Part shown: positions 60,001 through 64,000 of the stretch, piece after piece
How positions within the stretch are numbered: position 1 is the first letter of the stretch
Layout: each line of letters begins with the position of its first letter
Origin: Candidatus Coprovivens sp.
Lineage (GTDB): Bacteria; Bacillota_I; Bacilli_A; RF39; UBA660
NCBI GenBank assembly: GCA_051892935.1
Contig: JBJFGS010000011.1
Span: 19,311 to 83,310, forward strand
Length of the DNA: 64,000 nt
Direction of reading: 5' to 3'
Program-made: the position numbers and the translations under genes
The notes under the pieces: generated by a model
The model's database searches: none
What the model saw: the letters and a program-made list of their open reading frames with translations, nothing else
What the model was told of the DNA's origin: nothing

Positions 60001-62721
60001 AAATGTATATTTTAACCTATATTTATATTTTTCACTTTCAATAACAGTTGCACTATTACTATAAGAAGTATCAAATTCATTTTTCAATTCTTTTACATAA
60101 GTACCAACAGTTACAGTTATTTTATTTATTGTTGTATCTTCAAACATATATATAGAATTTTTAAGTGAATTAGATGGATTTAATTTATTCATCGTACTTT
60201 TTATAGCAGTACTACTAAATGAAGATGAATTAGCTTCTGAAGCATTTACATAACCATTAGTTAATACACCATTGCTATAATAAGCCATATCTTTATACAA
60301 TGTATTTCCATAACTCTGATTAGATAAATAACTATACAAAATATTAAAAGATACCTTATAACCAGATCTTATATAAGTACTAGCAGTATTAATATTAGTA
60401 ATAGGACCAGTAACTTCTATTTTTAATAAAGTACGACCAGTACCATCATAATTTTCAGTTGAAGAAACATTAGTAGTACAATCAATTTCATTACCATATG
60501 TAACTACTTTTACACTACCATCTAACTCAGAACCTATAGGTAACAGCTCATAGAATACAACATCTTTTTGTTCTGTAAGATATTCAGAAGCTTCTGAATC
60601 AGTCCCTCCATTAGAGAAATCAACTTGTTCATAAACATAATCAGTATAAGTAATCGAATCATATTTTACTCCGGAAGTATCAGTATAAGTATCATTTACT
60701 ACAGAATCACTTCCATAATATGTATTAGTTTCATAAGCAGAAGTTAAATACGTACCAGTCAACTTAGTACTATCAACAGAACTAGACAATATAAAATTAG
60801 CTTCATTTTTAAGTACAATATCACTATTACTAACAATCAAATCATTAAGTTCAACAATCAAATCATCAGAAGATGAAAGCAAAGCATTAACGCCTACACC
60901 AAAGTAAACTGCAGCCTTATTTCCTGTATAAGTAACTTTTAAATCGGTAACATTATCAGGAAGTAAAACAGGATTATTTTCACTAACAGAATTATTATTA
61001 GAAGTTCTACTATCACCAGCAACATATACAATATTACCATTAGTATCTTTACATATAGTACCAATCAATTCATAGGAACCATTATTTATTTTAACATAAA
61101 CAAGCTTATCATTATAATCAGCAATCTCACTAGGAGATAATATATAAGCACTACTATCACTATTTAAAACATAATCATATTCAATATCATCTAATAAGTA
61201 GAAAGAAGTATAATTATATTCATTACTATTTAAAGAATAAGGTGAAACAACAGAATTATATGAACTATCAATATATCCACCTGAAGTTTCTAATTCAATC
61301 GTATAATTAGTAACCCCTTTATTAGTTAAATTCCATAAATTAAAAGCTTTAACAATTCCAGAACTTGTATTATTTATAGAAGATGACATTGGTTCTAATT
61401 TCCATTTAAATTCAACATTTTTACTCTTTCTTAGCTTATTTAAAGCCCCAACACCAGCATCATCATTTACCAAAGTCTGATTAAATTGCTTATTAGTACC
61501 AGATGGATAAGAAACTTCGGATCCCACATCTTGTCCCAAAGTTTTATTCCAAGAATACTTTGCAGCAACATTAGATGAAGAGTCAACAAGAGCAATATAA
61601 GTATCAAATTGGGAATTAAAAGAAGCACTAGTTCCCAAAGTATAACCAACAACAAAAGAACAATTAACAGTTTTTTCACCATTTACATTAGACAAAGTAC
61701 ATGAATTAGTATAATTTTCAAAATCATTAAATACATCTAACGTAGTAGCTTCATAATTAGTACCATCAGAACTATAAGCAAGTAACTCACCATTAGTTTC
61801 TAAATGATAATATAAATTATATACTTGAGAAAAATCAAGACTACCAGCTACGCCATATTCAATATAATAATCATAACCACTCTGTTCTGCTCCCCATTTA
61901 GAATTCCAACTAGTATAAACTACCTGTTCATTCTCGCTAATTCCATCAAGCGTTAATGTATCATTAACCATACTAGATTTATACTCAGTAGTTAACGTAG
62001 CTATATCAATAACAGAATCATATAAAAAAGTTATATTAGGTACAACATCAATAGAATCGTCAACAGTCATCACACTAGGTAATAAAGCATACTTCAAAGT
62101 AAAATCAGCAGAATAATCATCAGTACCTGATATATCATTACCATTATAAATATTTATAGAGCCATCATATAATTCAACTATAAAAGGTACTAAATTATTC
62201 CAACAATCATCATCATAGGTGTCACAATAAAGTAAACTCCCCAACGAAACAAATCCAACCTGATTTCCACTTTCATCTTCAAGAATAATACTATTTGTCG
62301 CATCATCATAATAATAATCAAAAGAAGATGTTGTTGGAAATATTGTCAAAGGAAAAGTATAATATAAATCTAATTGATAATAATCATCATTATAAGTATT
62401 AGCATTATATCTAGAACCAACAGTTATTTCCAAAGTATTATCTTCTAAAAGACTACTATTAGGATTTACTGTTGCAACAGTTCCACTTTCATCAATTGAA
62501 ATATTACTACCTGAATTAGTAAAAGATGTTGTAATATCCCATTCACCATAAGACCAATCTTCATATCCATCTCCTACACCAATAGAAACATTAGTATTTA
62601 TTTTATTAACTTCATTATTCAAATTATTCTTTTTATTAGAAACTTCAAATAATACAACAAAAGTTAATAAAATAAATAAAAGAAAAATAATTACTCCATT
62701 CTTTTTAATATTCTTATTCAT
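57076..62721 (-). CDS. Large surface adhesin-like protein (DUF11 and Spy0128/CnaB-type Ig domains, NPNT anchor)
   Basis: N-terminal TM/signal; GEAYTYRVVVNN..VVDNIPVGL..ISWSI; FTTIEYTRPGTYVYEISQ; NPNT, TM, RKKR. Confidence 0.8.
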   Translation of the reverse strand: MNKNIKKNGVIIFLLFILLTFVVLFEVSNKKNNLNNEVNKINTNVSIGVGDGYEDWSYGEWDITTSFTNSGSNISIDESGTVATVNPNSSLLEDNTLEITVGSRYNANTYNDDYYQLDLYYTFPLTIFPTTSSFDYYYDDATNSIILEDESGNQVGFVSLGSLLYCDTYDDDCWNNLVPFIVELYDGSINIYNGNDISGTDDYSADFTLKYALLPSVMTVDDSIDVVPNITFLYDSVIDIATLTTEYKSSMVNDTLTLDGISENEQVVYTSWNSKWGAEQSGYDYYIEYGVAGSLDFSQVYNLYYHLETNGELLAYSSDGTNYEATTLDVFNDFENYTNSCTLSNVNGEKTVNCSFVVGYTLGTSASFNSQFDTYIALVDSSSNVAAKYSWNKTLGQDVGSEVSYPSGTNKQFNQTLVNDDAGVGALNKLRKSKNVEFKWKLEPMSSSINNTSSGIVKAFNLWNLTNKGVTNYTIELETSGGYIDSSYNSVVSPYSLNSNEYNYTSFYLLDDIEYDYVLNSDSSAYILSPSEIADYNDKLVYVKINNGSYELIGTICKDTNGNIVYVAGDSRTSNNNSVSENNPVLLPDNVTDLKVTYTGNKAAVYFGVGVNALLSSSDDLIVELNDLIVSNSDIVLKNEANFILSSSVDSTKLTGTYLTSAYETNTYYGSDSVVNDTYTDTSGVKYDSITYTDYVYEQVDFSNGGTDSEASEYLTEQKDVVFYELLPIGSELDGSVKVVTYGNEIDCTTNVSSTENYDGTGRTLLKIEVTGPITNINTASTYIRSGYKVSFNILYSYLSNQSYGNTLYKDMAYYSNGVLTNGYVNASEANSSSFSSTAIKSTMNKLNPSNSLKNSIYMFEDTTINKITVTVGTYVKELKNEFDTSYSNSATVIESEKYKYRLKYTFSSDYEEITNLIFVDKLESSYSDNEYFKGYLDSVDISYLTNLGVNPKIYYSTNIDVDLDNIDLSDVNSWSNVMPSDVSKIVAVAVSCGNYVFKGSDKVTPMVELNMIAPNSFRVNSNKSAYNSSSIYYNYLGDSLVKSMTSTITSIKLEKASISLDATTSVGVGTSSNPAIVKDSFSYDVTLKNTSDYNDLEDITFELLLPDGLSINTDNITEVSDNNNGIFGLYSYDSTTKVLTYSLNKLLAEEIKNISIPVDVDFTTLSTITSFNASVKLKTLGGRDYTSDEIKLYNKLAVPELEYNKYVDTNDTNGFTDEATVIIEKGEAYTYRVVVNNISTIDAKNVIVVDNIPVGLTVVESSITNGGVYDKANNTISWSISVLSANSIKNLDYNVIVANDISLGTIYKSKAHISVVNPIDTDLMLYDDDTNIISTLYQIVSNIKVTNEVSGALADKGKEFTYSFDFSSDSSHIGNYDIVNGNGTKVGTLSLDSSGKGSFDCKLKADESVTFKLLPNGISYTIKQKIEEGYVTTSDDALINSTEAIVTGITNEEKNISYSFKNSYSVSTSVDITAKVTYDKEIYDKMFSLKITDSQGKSVTNDCDSFGIVNFDTIDYHDVDGNYIYEVSQVNTNVNKVGYDTNTFKVVVTLLNDGKGHLSSTIKYYNKLNEEVSSIIFNNEYVPNGLIINNVNTSDYVDTSKIFKYKLSVTDSVVGTYVVKDTEGNKIDDFVVDSSGNGYYEFELNSEQRITVFDLPNGTNYSIVQDLVDYYTTTLDNMSYVVDTDNKTIMHSGKVLDSTIQVDFKNNYITSGSFTPRSLITLLEKDLEDEEFMFVLKDVSSNLNNGYFEYITNTLDGELNFTTIEYTRPGTYVYEISQVKGDSNHIYYDLSKCILTVTFVDNGDSTMTLESSVYEYANGMDHFENTYSVDPIVTDDEDINKGNPNTTESIGKFGLIVVMFVLVSVLFLIERNVRKKRLSM

Positions 62722-62797
62722 ACTAAGACCACCACTATTCTACACTAACATAATTATAACATCATCAACTTTCTTTATCAAGAATCAAAAAAAGAAG

Positions 62798-64000
62798 CTA
62801 CTTAGCTTCTTCTTGTACTCTAGTTTCACGAATAACAGTAATCTTTATTGTACCAGGATACTGCATCTCTTTTTCAATTTTTTCCTTCATTTCACGAGCA
62901 ATTTTATAGCTTTGAGTATCATCTATTTCATCTGGTTTAACCATAACTCTAACTTCCCTACCAGCTTGCATAGCAAAGGTTTTTTCAACACCATCAAAGC
63001 TATTTCCAATTTCTTCAAGTTGCTCTAATCTCTTAATGTAATTTTCTAAAGAATCATTTCTCGCACCAGGTCTAGCAGCTGATAAAGTATCAGCTATTTG
63101 AACTAAAACAGATATAACACTTGTTGCATCTGTATCACCATGATGTGACTTAATAGAATTAATTACTATAGCATCTTCATGATATTTTTTAGCAATTTCT
63201 TCACCAAGTTCAACATGACTACCATCGACCTCAAAATCAATAGCTTTACCAATATCGTGAAGCAATCCAGCTCTCTTCGCTAAAGAAACATTTTCACCAA
63301 GTTCAGCAGCCATAAGTCCACATAAATGACCAACTTCCTTAGAATGCTGTAAAGCATTTTGACCATAACTAGTTCTAAAATTCAATTTACCAATTAAATT
63401 AACTAATTTAGGATCTACTTTAGTAAGTCCCAATTCATAACAAGCTTCATTTCCAATTTCAGTAATCTTCTCATTCATATCTTTAGAAACTTTATCATAT
63501 ACTTCTTCAATTCTAGCCGGATGAATTCTACCATCCTTTATTAAAGTCTCAATAGTAATTTTTGCTATTTCTCTTCTTAAAGGATCAAAACTAGAAATAA
63601 CTATCGCCTCAGGAGTATCATCAATAATCAAATCAACTCCCGTAACAGATTCTATAGTTCTAATATTTCTTCCTTCTCTACCAATTAATCTTCCCTTCAT
63701 CTCATCACTAGGTAGACTAATAGTACTAACAGTTTGCTCACTAGTTACATCATTAGCATATCTTTGCATACTGCAAATAATCAATTGCTTAGCTACCTCA
63801 TTAGCTTTCAATTTAGCTTCAGCTTCTTGCTCTTTTATATAATCAGCTATTTCTAAAGACATACTTTCTTCTACTCTCTTCATAATCATATCATGAGCTT
63901 TTTCTTTAGAAAATTTAGCAATTGCTTCTAATTGTTCCATTTCAGTTTTCATTAATTCGTCAATTTTAGCTTCTTTTTCTTGTAAATCTTTTTGTTTATT
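62798..64000 (-). CDS. rny: Ribonuclease Y (5' end outside the window)
   Basis: KH domain KGRLIGREGRNIR; HD domain LLHDIGK; SAARPGAR; frame is open to the window edge. Confidence 0.97.
   Translation of the reverse strand, partial: NKQKDLQEKEAKIDELMKTEMEQLEAIAKFSKEKAHDMIMKRVEESMSLEIADYIKEQEAEAKLKANEVAKQLIICSMQRYANDVTSEQTVSTISLPSDEMKGRLIGREGRNIRTIESVTGVDLIIDDTPEAIVISSFDPLRREIAKITIETLIKDGRIHPARIEEVYDKVSKDMNEKITEIGNEACYELGLTKVDPKLVNLIGKLNFRTSYGQNALQHSKEVGHLCGLMAAELGENVSLAKRAGLLHDIGKAIDFEVDGSHVELGEEIAKKYHEDAIVINSIKSHHGDTDATSVISVLVQIADTLSAARPGARNDSLENYIKRLEQLEEIGNSFDGVEKTFAMQAGREVRVMVKPDEIDDTQSYKIAREMKEKIEKEMQYPGTIKITVIRETRVQEEAK

Noticed and set aside
2958-63028. Short antisense or alternate-frame ORFs in the track (for example 2958..3185, 7718..7960, 12102..12326, 43184..43366, 45156..45392, 53765..54154)
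   Set aside because: They overlap well-supported genes, lack evident RBSs, and have shadow-ORF composition.
1-64000. Mycoplasma-type genetic code (TGA = Trp)
   Set aside because: TGA ends genes at expected positions (14100, 16519, 25787, 57076), and conserved genes are intact under code 11.

Overview
A very AT-rich chromosomal segment from a low-GC Firmicute, using the standard genetic code (TGA is used as a stop). Gene content and style suggest a genome-reduced gut Bacilli lineage such as RF39; this is inference. About 50 genes, mostly on the minus strand. Housekeeping genes include dnaE-polC, polA, mutM, ftsY/ylxM/ffh, rnj, rny, tmk, rpoZ, rpmB, rpmF, tmcAL and tRNA-Thr(GGT). They are interleaved with many accessory surface or secreted proteins, five of which carry NPxT sorting-like motifs. 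I saw no CRISPR array, transposase or integrase. Most notable: (1) a 1929-aa PolC with about six non-intein insertions, one cadherin/Ig-like and one winged-helix-like; (2) a membrane-anchored XRE regulator cassette with a 5'UTR microsatellite and repeated operator-like motifs ahead of two exported proteins; (3) an unannotated 26-codon leader peptide with an attenuator before an ABC exporter; (4) a DUF285/BspA gene with a homopolymer frameshift in its signal peptide and an internal sorting signal plus a second signal peptide. All family calls come from motif recognition by eye, not database searches.
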